This document shows positions 52,878 through 61,438 of a stretch of DNA of 64,000 nt, piece by piece; position 1 is the stretch's first letter; the number at the start of each line of letters is the position of its first letter. The DNA is from Bernardetia sp. MNP-M8 (GTDB lineage Bacteria; Bacteroidota; Bacteroidia; Cytophagales; Bernardetiaceae): the NCBI RefSeq assembly GCF_037126285.1, contig NZ_CP147012.1, forward strand, positions 3,180,676 through 3,244,675, in the 5' to 3' direction. The notes under the pieces are model-generated. The model worked only from the letters and a program-made list of their open reading frames with translations. It did not search any database and was not told the DNA's origin. A program made the position numbers and the translations under genes.

Positions 52878-53056
52878 AGCTGCGTAGCTGCGTACTATTT
52901 GTAGTCATGAAGAAAATACATTATCAAAAAGCTGCGTAGCTGCGTAATATCGCTTTTTGATGTTTGAAAATCATAAAATTTCAATGTTTCGCAGCTACGC
53001 AGCTCTAAATTACATCTTAATTTATTCTTCTACCAATATTACGCTGCGATGCAGCT
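52878..53056. repeat. four copies of a GC-rich 16-17-mer (AGCTGCGTAGCTGCGTA) arranged direct, direct, inverted, inverted at 51-60 nt spacing inside a 680-nt gene-free region
   Basis: Copies at 52878-52894 and 52930-52946 are direct. Copies at 52990-53005 and 53041-53056 are inverted, the last with 3 mismatches. The arrangement allows nested long-range pairing. Confidence 0.5.
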
Positions 53057-53426
53057 AAAATACACTACATTTCTAAAAAATAAATTTCAAAAATTGAGGG
53101 AAAAAATAAACAAATTCTAAATACCCTAACTCTGACAATAGTTGAAACTAATGATAGTCTTATGAAAGGAGTGTCAAAGTTTCTCAAAAAGTAATTAAAA
53201 TTTATCTTGTATTTATCATACAAATCATAAAAATCACTCGCTAATCCTACCTAGTATTCCCCTCAAATTCCTCAAAAATAATTCTTCCTTTTTCTGATAA
53301 AAATAATGAATGAAAAACAAGCATTGAAAGAGTTAGATAAAAACACTATTTTTGTATAAAATTTATTCCAAAATTTAGATACCTCAACAACGACGAAGTC
53401 TCGTTGACGGTTAAAATACAAAAAAA

Positions 53427-54248
53427 GTGAACCGTACTAAACTTATTTCCCAAATAAAAGCCAAAAATTCCTATCTCTGTGTAGGTCTGGATAGCGACAT
53501 CAAAAAAATTCCATTTCATTTATTAAATGCAAAAGACCCTATTTTTGAATTTAATAAAAGAATTATTGATGCGACAGAAAAATATGCCGTTTCTTACAAA
53601 ATCAACACTGCTTTTTATGAAGCTCTAGGAACAAAAGGCTGGGAAAGTCTTCAAAAAACGATTGACTTTTTACCTCATGATGTCTTTATTATTGCAGACG
53701 CAAAACGTGGCGATATTGGAAACACATCTTCACAGTATGCAAAAGCATTTTTTGAAAATCTAAACTGTGATGCCGTTACGGTTGCGCCTTATATGGGTGA
53801 AGACTCGGTAAAACCTTTTTTAGAAATAAAAGATAAATGGACAATTTTGTTGGCTCTAACTTCCAATTCTGGAGCGCAAGATTTTGAAATGTTAGAACTC
53901 AAAAATGGTAAAAAAGTCTATGAAGAAGTGTTAGAAAAAAGCCAAAACTGGGGAACAGACGAAAATCTAATGTATGTAGTAGGCGCAACAAAGGCAGAAT
54001 ATATTGAAAACATTCGTAAAATAATTCCAAATCATTTTCTATTAGTTCCAGGAGTAGGAGCGCAAGGAGGAAATTTAGCAGAAGTTTCGAAAGCAGGACT
54101 TACAAAAGACTGTGGGCTTTTAATAAACTCTTCCCGTCAGATTATTTATGCCAGTAAAGACCGAGATTTTGCAGAAAGGGCAGGAAAAAAAGCACAAGAA
54201 ATTCAAGAAGAAATGGCGATTCAGTTATCAGTTATCAGTGACCAGTAA
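53427..54248 (+). CDS. pyrF: orotidine-5'-phosphate decarboxylase (type 2)
   Basis: [12 protein letters not shown]...[12 protein letters not shown]...VPGVGAQGG. The last 9 codons are supplied by a (CAGTTAT)n repeat. Confidence 0.9.
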   Translation: MNRTKLISQIKAKNSYLCVGLDSDIKKIPFHLLNAKDPIFEFNKRIIDATEKYAVSYKINTAFYEALGTKGWESLQKTIDFLPHDVFIIADAKRGDIGNTSSQYAKAFFENLNCDAVTVAPYMGEDSVKPFLEIKDKWTILLALTSNSGAQDFEMLELKNGKKVYEEVLEKSQNWGTDENLMYVVGATKAEYIENIRKIIPNHFLLVPGVGAQGGNLAEVSKAGLTKDCGLLINSSRQIIYASKDRDFAERAGKKAQEIQEEMAIQLSVISDQ

Positions 54249-54386
54249 CCAGTTGAATAAAGTTAGAAGTCGGAAGTTAGAATTTAGATTTAATGAAATT
54301 GCTTATTTTCATTCTCTATGTTCTCCGTAACTCTGTGTTTAAAAAATGTATTCGTATTTTCCTAATTTCCAATCCCTAATCCCGAT
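54222..54386 (+). repeat. heptamer-repeat element: (CAGTTAT)2-CAGTGAC-CAGTAAC-CAGTTGA followed by degenerate 7-nt periodic blocks (TAGAAGT-like, AATYYCC-like)
   Basis: Read directly from the sequence. It is homologous to the element at 61322..61438. Confidence 0.6.
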
Positions 54387-55463
54387 TTGCAACATTTCAA
54401 ACATCATCAAATCGATAAGAAAAAATGGGATAAATGTATTTCTTCATCAAAAGAAAATATTATTTATGCCTTTTCTTGGTATTTGGATTGTGTTTCTCCA
54501 AATTGGGAAGGATTTATTTTAGAAGATAATGAGCAAAATTATGAGGCTGTCATGCCACTTCCTGTCAAAAAAAAATATGGAATTTCATTTTTGCAGCAAC
54601 CTCTTTTTGTACAACAATTAGGTGTTTTTTCTACTAAAAAATTATCTACTTCGGAGTTTAAAACCTTTTTGATTTTACTTCAAAAGAAATTCAAATTGGT
54701 TTCGAATTACCCTTTCAATACTACAAATTGCGAAGAGTTTTCAACTGAATTTGAAGAGGTATTTCATCACAAAGTAGATTCTAATTTAAAAAACTTTAAA
54801 AATCATCATCTTTCTGTACAGCAGAATTATCTTAAAATTCGTCAAAACTATAAGAGAGATACAAAATACAGAATCAACCAAGCTCAAAAACAGAATTTTA
54901 AAATTATCAAAAAAACAAAAGTTGATGATATAGATTTGGTTTGGCAGTTTTTTGAAGAAAGTGTTTTTTTAGAAAATGGAATTTCAAATCAAGCAAAACC
55001 AGTTTTAAAAAAACTTTTCCATATTCTGAAAGAGAAAGAACTTGCAGAGTTAGTTTACATTCAAAATAATGAAAAGAAAATTGTAAGTGGAGTTTTGTTG
55101 GTAAAAAGCAAATCATTGTATCAAGAAAATTCTATTACAAAATGGATTTATTTATTCAATGCAGCCAAACCAACTTATAAAAGAGATGAAAGTAGAAGAT
55201 GGTTTTTAGATAAATTTATTCAAGAAAAAAGTAATCAAGAGGAGTGTTTTTTAAATGGAAATAATTTTGATATTCAAAGTGAAGATATAACTTATGAAAC
55301 AATTTTAGATTTTGAATCGGCACAAGAGAAAGAAGTTGCTCGTTTTTATGCTAGTTTTGGAAGTGAAGAAAAGACTTTTTTTGTGGTAGATTATAATGAA
55401 TTACCATTTTATATAAAACTTGCCCAAGAAATAATTCAGTTTATTAATAGAAAAATACTATAA
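54387..55463 (+). CDS. hypothetical protein (GNAT/FemAB-like acyltransferase fold suspected)
   Basis: A clean ORF. The N-terminal IIYAFSWYLDCVSPNWEGFILEDNEQNYEAVMPLP resembles Acetyltransf_6-like proteins. Confidence 0.35.
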   Translation: MQHFKHHQIDKKKWDKCISSSKENIIYAFSWYLDCVSPNWEGFILEDNEQNYEAVMPLPVKKKYGISFLQQPLFVQQLGVFSTKKLSTSEFKTFLILLQKKFKLVSNYPFNTTNCEEFSTEFEEVFHHKVDSNLKNFKNHHLSVQQNYLKIRQNYKRDTKYRINQAQKQNFKIIKKTKVDDIDLVWQFFEESVFLENGISNQAKPVLKKLFHILKEKELAELVYIQNNEKKIVSGVLLVKSKSLYQENSITKWIYLFNAAKPTYKRDESRRWFLDKFIQEKSNQEECFLNGNNFDIQSEDITYETILDFESAQEKEVARFYASFGSEEKTFFVVDYNELPFYIKLAQEIIQFINRKIL

Positions 55464-55830
55464 AGTAAGTTTCAAGAAAATAATTTTAAATTTTTCTCCT
55501 ATTTTTTCAATGTTTTTATAGATTTAATTCTCTTTACTATCGTTTAATAGATTTTTTTTATATTTTTGTAAACGGTCATTAAATATCCACTTTTACCAAA
55601 CCCTTTGGTATTTTCCTTAGTTACGTGCTGATTTAGCCTATGAAAAAAACTTTTACTTGTCTTTTATTTTGTCACAACTAGTTTATTCAAAAAAATATAA
55701 TTTTATCTTAACTAATTAGGATAGAAATGTTATTTTATTAAAACAAAAAAAAGATTTAATGAGGCTTAATCCCTTCAGCTTTTAACTAAATTAGATTCGA
55801 AATTTATATTCTTAAAAATTAAATAATTGT

Positions 55831-57021
55831 ATGCAAATACGTAAAGTTCTTGCAGCCGTTTTGGGTTGCTTAGTAGTGAGTTTTTTTTACTCACATTTTA
55901 ATACAGTTTCAGCTCAAATTGGTATTGATTCTACTGGACGTAGAGTTATCACAACTGCTGTTCCTATTTTATTAGTTGGTCCTGATTCTCGTGCTGCTGG
56001 TATGGGAGATTTGGGAGCTGCTACTTCACCTGATGCAAATGCTGCACATTGGAATCCTTCAAAATTAGCTTTTATAGAAAATGATTGGTCTTTTGGTGTT
56101 TCTTATTCTCCTTGGTTACAAAAATTGGTAAATGATATGTGGTTGGGCTATGTAAGTGGCGTAAAACGCATTTCAAAGACGCAGACAGTAGGTGTTTCTT
56201 TTCGTTATTTTGATATGGGAAGTCTTCAATTTACAGATGCTAGAGGAGAACCTCTAAGAGATTTTAACCCTCGTGAAGCAGCTATTGATGCAACTTTTGC
56301 TCAACAGCTTTCTAAAAAATTAAGTATTGCAGGTACGTTTCGTTATATTCACTCTAATTTAGCAGGAAATGTAACCAACAACGGACCAGTAGAAAATGTT
56401 AAACCAGCTAACACAGGTGCAGTAGATGTGTCGATGTTTTATAAGAGCAAACTAAACTTTAAAAGTTTTGAAGGAGATTGGGCATTAGGTGTAAATATTT
56501 CAAATATTGGTGCGCCAGTAACTTATAATGATGCAGCACAACAAGATTATTTGCCTGCCAACTTACGTATCGGAACGGCTTTTAATGCAGAGTTTGATGA
56601 GTTTAATAAACTAACTCTTGCTTTTGATGTAAGTAAATTACTTGTGCCTACTCCTGAAAACACAGCCTCTAATGGAAAAAATGATCCAGTTTTATCTTCT
56701 ATCTTCAAATCTTTTGGAGATGCGCCTGATGGTTTTGGCGAAGAAGTAAAAGAAATGATTTTTGCTGTAGGTGCAGAATATTGGTATGCCGATTTGATTG
56801 CGCTTCGTGGAGGATATTTTCATGAAAACCAAGAAAAAGGAAATCGTCGTTACTTTACAGTAGGTTTGGGCTTGCGTTATCAAGTTTTTGGTTTTGATTT
56901 CGCTTATCTTATTCCAAATCAACAACAACATCCACTTGCTGATACAATTCGTTTTTCTCTTTTATTCAATATGAATAAAGGGGATAAATTAGATGCGCCC
57001 GAAGACGGAGTGACAAACTAA
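55831..57021 (+). CDS. porV: PorV-like T9SS outer-membrane channel/shuttle protein
   Basis: Signal peptide, then ITTAVPILLVGPDSRAAGMGDLGAATSPDANAAHWNPSKLAF matching the conserved PorV/LptO N-terminal block as I recall it. Beta-barrel-like alternating pattern, about 390 aa. Confidence 0.6.
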   Translation: MQIRKVLAAVLGCLVVSFFYSHFNTVSAQIGIDSTGRRVITTAVPILLVGPDSRAAGMGDLGAATSPDANAAHWNPSKLAFIENDWSFGVSYSPWLQKLVNDMWLGYVSGVKRISKTQTVGVSFRYFDMGSLQFTDARGEPLRDFNPREAAIDATFAQQLSKKLSIAGTFRYIHSNLAGNVTNNGPVENVKPANTGAVDVSMFYKSKLNFKSFEGDWALGVNISNIGAPVTYNDAAQQDYLPANLRIGTAFNAEFDEFNKLTLAFDVSKLLVPTPENTASNGKNDPVLSSIFKSFGDAPDGFGEEVKEMIFAVGAEYWYADLIALRGGYFHENQEKGNRRYFTVGLGLRYQVFGFDFAYLIPNQQQHPLADTIRFSLLFNMNKGDKLDAPEDGVTN

Positions 57022-57120
57022 TTATTAGTTATAAATAATTAATGTCCTAATCTAGCAAAAAACAAAAAGCCATTTCTAACTAAGTAGAAATGGCTTTTTG
57101 TTTTTTTAGGTATAAAAAAA

Positions 57121-57588
57121 TCATCTCAAACGGTCTGCACTACGCACCATATCTTCGTCTTTTTTGATAAAACGAACAGAAAGCCAATTAAATAAAATGG
57201 CTGCCACAGGTAAGTAATAACCGTACGCCATAGTTCCTCCTACCTCAGGAGAAAAAATGTCTTGTGCTTGGAAGGTTATGAAGGTAGCAATACCAATAAA
57301 AGCAGCGATGAGAAGAGTACAAAAGAGTGCAATTTTCATCTGAAAACGACGATTTTTGAAATTAAAAATATTCCAAAGAGCTAAAATAGCTGTCAGACCT
57401 GCAATAACGGCGAGGTAAACTGTTGTTTGTTGCATAACTGTTTCCCCTGCTGAAGTTTGTATCATTTCAATAGCATTCATCTCAATTTTGTTTGTACCAT
57501 CTACTTTTCCCCAAATAGGAAGAAAAACAGTAAGTCCCATTAAGATAGAAACCATCAATAAAAAAATACTTTGAATACGCTGAATCAT
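57121..57588 (-). CDS. small integral membrane protein (DUF4293-like)
   Basis: Four predicted TM helices, 155 aa. Confidence 0.45.
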   Translation of the reverse strand: MIQRIQSIFLLMVSILMGLTVFLPIWGKVDGTNKIEMNAIEMIQTSAGETVMQQTTVYLAVIAGLTAILALWNIFNFKNRRFQMKIALFCTLLIAAFIGIATFITFQAQDIFSPEVGGTMAYGYYLPVAAILFNWLSVRFIKKDEDMVRSADRLR

Positions 57589-57620
57589 AATTTTATGAAT
57601 TTTATGAATGAATCAAAGAC

Positions 57621-57648
57621 AATTACGAGTTACGAATTACAAATTAAT
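57621..57648. repeat. degenerate (ATTACGA)n heptamer tract upstream of the 57588 start
   Basis: aattacg-agttacg-aattaca-aattaat. It is preceded by a 9-mer doublet (aattttatg x2). Confidence 0.5.
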
Positions 57649-57852
57649 CTAAGTAAATAAATTTTTTTATTAGTTAATAAGTCGTTCAAAATTTGAAAGT
57701 ATTTTTAGTAAAACGTTGTCCTTTGTAAATTAAATAAATTATTTTTGTGGCTGCAAAATTACAGAACTTAGTCTAAAAAGTGGTATTAGATTCTGAAATC
57801 TTTTTTATTTAATCCTTAAAATCTCTTTTTTATTTATTTTATCTCCTCTATT

Positions 57853-58329
57853 ATGAAGATTCAGCTTTTTGATTCAACAGCATTAGAAAATTTAGAACGT
57901 GCTTTTTCTATTCGTAGAATTGTTTTTATTGAAGGACAAGATGTTCCTGAAGAAGATGATTTTGATGGACTAGATGAAATCGCAACTCATATTCTAGCAA
58001 TAGATGAAAGTAATTATGATAATGAGAAGACAGTTGGAACAGCTCGTTTTAGAGTAACTGAAAAACACAAAGATAATTCTCCAAAAAAAATAAAATTAGA
58101 GCGTTTTGCTGTTTTGGAAGAAGCTAGAGGAAAAAAGATAGGACAAAAAATGGTAGAATTTGCATTAGAACAAATCCAAAAAAAGGAAGAGTTCAAGACC
58201 GTAGAAACAATTTATTTACACGCTCAACTTGCTGCCGTTTCATTATATGAGCGTTGTGGCTTTAAAAAAGACGGAGATATTTTTGAAGAAAGTGGAATTA
58301 TGCACTACAAAATGATTTATAAAGTTTAA
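57853..58329 (+). CDS. GNAT family N-acetyltransferase
   Basis: LERFAVLEEARGKKIGQKMV is the acetyl-CoA binding motif A (R/Q-x-x-G-x-G/A). Confidence 0.75.
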   Translation: MKIQLFDSTALENLERAFSIRRIVFIEGQDVPEEDDFDGLDEIATHILAIDESNYDNEKTVGTARFRVTEKHKDNSPKKIKLERFAVLEEARGKKIGQKMVEFALEQIQKKEEFKTVETIYLHAQLAAVSLYERCGFKKDGDIFEESGIMHYKMIYKV

Positions 58330-58350
58330 ATTACGAATTACGAATTACGA
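58330..58350 (+). repeat. perfect (ATTACGA)3 tandem heptamer immediately after the GNAT stop codon
   Basis: attacgaattacgaattacga. Confidence 0.7.
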
Positions 58351-58570
58351 ATTTTTCTTATTGTAAAACCTTTATTAATGTATTAGTAGAATCGTACTAC
58401 TCTACTATTTTTAAAAAGTAATTTTTAGTTGCGGCATGACGTAATTTTTGAAATTTTTAAAAAAAATGTCAATATTTTTCACAGTACCTTTTACTTTTTC
58501 TACATTGTGTTTTATTTGTAAGTGAAGTGATACAATTAATTTGCTTTAGTGCTTATTTCAACTTATAATT

Positions 58571-59251
58571 ATGATAAATACATTCAAAATTCATCCTAGA
58601 ATACAAGAAACTTTATTTTTAGGATTTGTTACCTTAATATGCTTCGGACTTTCTGTATTTCGTTATTCTTACACAGGTTCAAAAGTGTTTTTATTCTTGA
58701 ATTGGAATTTATTTTTGGCGTGTGTTCCTTGGTTGCTGACCAGTTTTGTAGCAATTACTCCCAAGATTGGAAAAAGTAAAATTATTTTAGCTATTCTTTT
58801 TTTTGTTTGGCTTGTATTTTTTCCTAACGCCCCTTACATTCTGACTGATTTGTTTCATCTACGTCTTAAAACTTCTATGCCTGTTTGGTTTGATTTGTTT
58901 CTGATTCTTTGTTTCGCTTGGGCAGGTTTACTTTTTGGTTTTCTGAGTCTTTGGGATATAGAACAGCTCCTAAAAAATCAAACAAAAAATAAAGTTTCTT
59001 CTTTTTGGATAACTGCTACAACTATATTTTTCCTGTTTTTAAGTGGTTTTGGAATTTATATTGGCAGATATTTGCGTTGGAATACGTGGGATATCATCAA
59101 TCAACCTTCTGCTCTTTTTAATGATATTACTCTTCGTTTTACTAATTTAACAGAATATCCTCGGATGGTGGGAATGACAATTTTGATGGGCATTTTTCTA
59201 AATATTCTTTATTTTTCTTTTCGTTTTATTAGAGAAAGAAAAAATTTTTAA
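58571..59251 (+). CDS. multi-pass membrane protein (DUF1361-like)
   Basis: Six or seven predicted TM helices with W-rich loops. Confidence 0.45.
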   Translation: MINTFKIHPRIQETLFLGFVTLICFGLSVFRYSYTGSKVFLFLNWNLFLACVPWLLTSFVAITPKIGKSKIILAILFFVWLVFFPNAPYILTDLFHLRLKTSMPVWFDLFLILCFAWAGLLFGFLSLWDIEQLLKNQTKNKVSSFWITATTIFFLFLSGFGIYIGRYLRWNTWDIINQPSALFNDITLRFTNLTEYPRMVGMTILMGIFLNILYFSFRFIRERKNF

Positions 59252-59310
59252 ATATAAAAAAACCTATTTTACATACATTGTAAAATAGGTTTTAATCATA
59301 TAGGTATAAA

Positions 59311-60483
59311 TTAAGGAGTCAATACAACCTTAATACATTTGTCTTGTTTGTCTCTAAATGTTTTATAAGCCTCTGGAGCTTCATCTAATTTTAGACGGTG
59401 TGTAATGAGGAAAGACGGATCAATTTCTCCTCGTTCTACTTTTTCTAAAAGTGGTTTAAGATAATGTTGTACGTGTGTCTGACCCATTTTGAAGGTAAGC
59501 CCTTTATTCATAGCAGCACCAAAAGGAATTCCATCTACTACACCCACATAAACTCCTGGTATAGAAACCGTGCCTCCTTTTCTACAATTTTTAATAACTT
59601 GCTGTAATACATAAGGATGAGGGCTATGTAAATTAACAGCTTTTTCTATCTTATCTTTTGCATTCTCCAACATTGTTCCATGTGCTTCTGCTCCTACTGC
59701 ATCTATACAACTTGCAGGGCCAAAACCATCTGTCATGTCTTGTAAACGTTCATACACTTCTTTTTCATTAGTAGTGCGAATTACTTCTGCCTTTCCATAT
59801 TTTTCTGCCATATCTAATCGTTCTTCTACATCATCTATAGCAATTACCCGTCCTGCTCCCATCATCCATGCGCTCTGAATAGCAAACTGACCTACAGGAC
59901 CACAACCCCAAACAGCTACTGTACTTCCTTTTTTAATTTGGGCGTTTTCAGCTGCCATATATCCTGTTGGAAAAATATCAGATAAGAATAATACTTGATC
60001 ATCACGAAGCGAATCTGGTACTTTTATAGGACCATAATCAGCAAAAGGGATACGTACATACTCTGCTTGTCCACCAGCATAGCCACCTAACATATGAGAA
60101 TATCCAAAAATACCCGAAATACTATGTCCTAAGTTTTCTTTAGCTTGCTCTGCATTTCGGTTTGAGTTGTCACAAAGCGAGTATAAATCATCATCACAAA
60201 AATTACAATGTCCACAAGCAATAGTAAAAGGAACAACAACTCTGTCTCCTTTCTTAAAGTTTTGTATAGATTTTCCAACTTCTACTACCTCACCCATAAA
60301 CTCATGACCTAAAATATCTCCTTCTTTCATTGTAGGAACCATTCCTGCCAATATATGCAAATCAGAACCACAGATTGCTGTTGCAGTTACCTTTATAATA
60401 ATATCGCCTTGATCTTCAATAATAGGATCATCTACCCTATCAATTCGAACATCGTTTTTACCATGCCAACAAAGAGCTTTCAT
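59311..60483 (-). CDS. zinc-dependent alcohol/formaldehyde dehydrogenase family (MDR) enzyme
   Basis: Catalytic zinc site [21 protein letters not shown], structural zinc [15 protein letters not shown], and the Rossmann fold GCGPVGQ. Confidence 0.85.
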   Translation of the reverse strand: MKALCWHGKNDVRIDRVDDPIIEDQGDIIIKVTATAICGSDLHILAGMVPTMKEGDILGHEFMGEVVEVGKSIQNFKKGDRVVVPFTIACGHCNFCDDDLYSLCDNSNRNAEQAKENLGHSISGIFGYSHMLGGYAGGQAEYVRIPFADYGPIKVPDSLRDDQVLFLSDIFPTGYMAAENAQIKKGSTVAVWGCGPVGQFAIQSAWMMGAGRVIAIDDVEERLDMAEKYGKAEVIRTTNEKEVYERLQDMTDGFGPASCIDAVGAEAHGTMLENAKDKIEKAVNLHSPHPYVLQQVIKNCRKGGTVSIPGVYVGVVDGIPFGAAMNKGLTFKMGQTHVQHYLKPLLEKVERGEIDPSFLITHRLKLDEAPEAYKTFRDKQDKCIKVVLTP

Positions 60484-60772
60484 AAAAATTGGTTTTTATA
60501 AGTTTAAAAAATGATTGAATAATATGATTATTTTAATAATCAATTATAGAACAAACTTGCTTTGTTTAAGAATGTTTTATATGAGAAGTGCTTTTTTGGA
60601 AAAAGCTAAACAAGACATAATTAGGATTATTCGTAAAGAGTCTATTTTTTCTTATGTTATTCTATCAGAAAAGAGAATACCAAGTAGTTTATTTATTAAT
60701 ATTTGAGACTTATTACTACGCTGGAAAATAGTATGCGAGAAGAATTTGATAAAAATAAAGAAAAAATAATTT

Positions 60773-61318
60773 TTAAAATACCTCAAGTCGATTCATTTTT
60801 ACTTGAATAGAAAAGTAAGCCATTTTTTCATTTTTTTCTGAAACAGTAAATTCAGTTTCTAATGGATTATTAGATTTTCTGACCATTTCTATAAAGCCAA
60901 TATTTCCTCCATAGTGTCCGTCCTGACGAGTAGCTCTTCGCTGTGAACGATAAAAAACACGCAAGTCTTTAGGGTTTAGTGAATTGATATGTTCACAATG
61001 TTTTTTCATTTTTTTTATTTTTCCAGCTTTTATCTTGTTGGCAGCTGTAAAAATATAATGTGTGTCTGTTTTTTGTACGACAAACATTCCATAGCCTACC
61101 TCTCTTCTGTCAGCAACAGAAAACTCTCTTTTTTCAGAATAATGATTGATATTCTGTCCTAGTTCGATAATGATAGCAAAAAGACGTTTACTAACTAAAT
61201 AATCTTCTTCAGCTTCACGCAATCGTTTTGCCATCGTTGCCAAAATAGTTTGAGACATTGCCCCTTGATACATCAAAATGACATCTTTATGAGCTAAGGA
61301 AGGATATAAATCAAGCAT
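60773..61318 (-). CDS. SiaB-like / RsbW-like GHKL Ser/Thr kinase (partner-switching kinase), tentative
   Basis: A Bergerat N-box-like ELGQNINHYS and a G-box-like DGHYGGNIGF. It is 181 aa and sits directly downstream of the PP2C sensor gene on the same strand. Confidence 0.5.
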   Translation of the reverse strand: MLDLYPSLAHKDVILMYQGAMSQTILATMAKRLREAEEDYLVSKRLFAIIIELGQNINHYSEKREFSVADRREVGYGMFVVQKTDTHYIFTAANKIKAGKIKKMKKHCEHINSLNPKDLRVFYRSQRRATRQDGHYGGNIGFIEMVRKSNNPLETEFTVSEKNEKMAYFSIQVKMNRLEVF

Positions 61319-61321
61319 ATT

Positions 61322-61438
61322 CAGTTATCAGTTATCAGTTATCAGTTACCAGTTAAATACTGTATCTGAATTCTGTAATTCGTAATCATTAATTTGTAAT
61401 TCTCCATTCTCTAATTCCCAATCTCCAATTTCCAGTTA
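61322..61438 (+). repeat. heptamer-repeat element: (CAGTTAT)3-CAGTTAC-CAGTTAA, then TCGTAAT-like and AATYYCC-like degenerate heptamers
   Basis: It starts 4 nt from the ATG of 60773..61318 and ends at the stop codon of the sensor gene. It is homologous to 54222..54386. Confidence 0.6.

Noticed and set aside
52878-53056. CRISPR array.
   Set aside because: The repeats are regularly spaced, but there are only four. Two are inverted relative to the others, the repeat is an 8-mer doublet, and no cas genes are nearby. This is not a CRISPR array.
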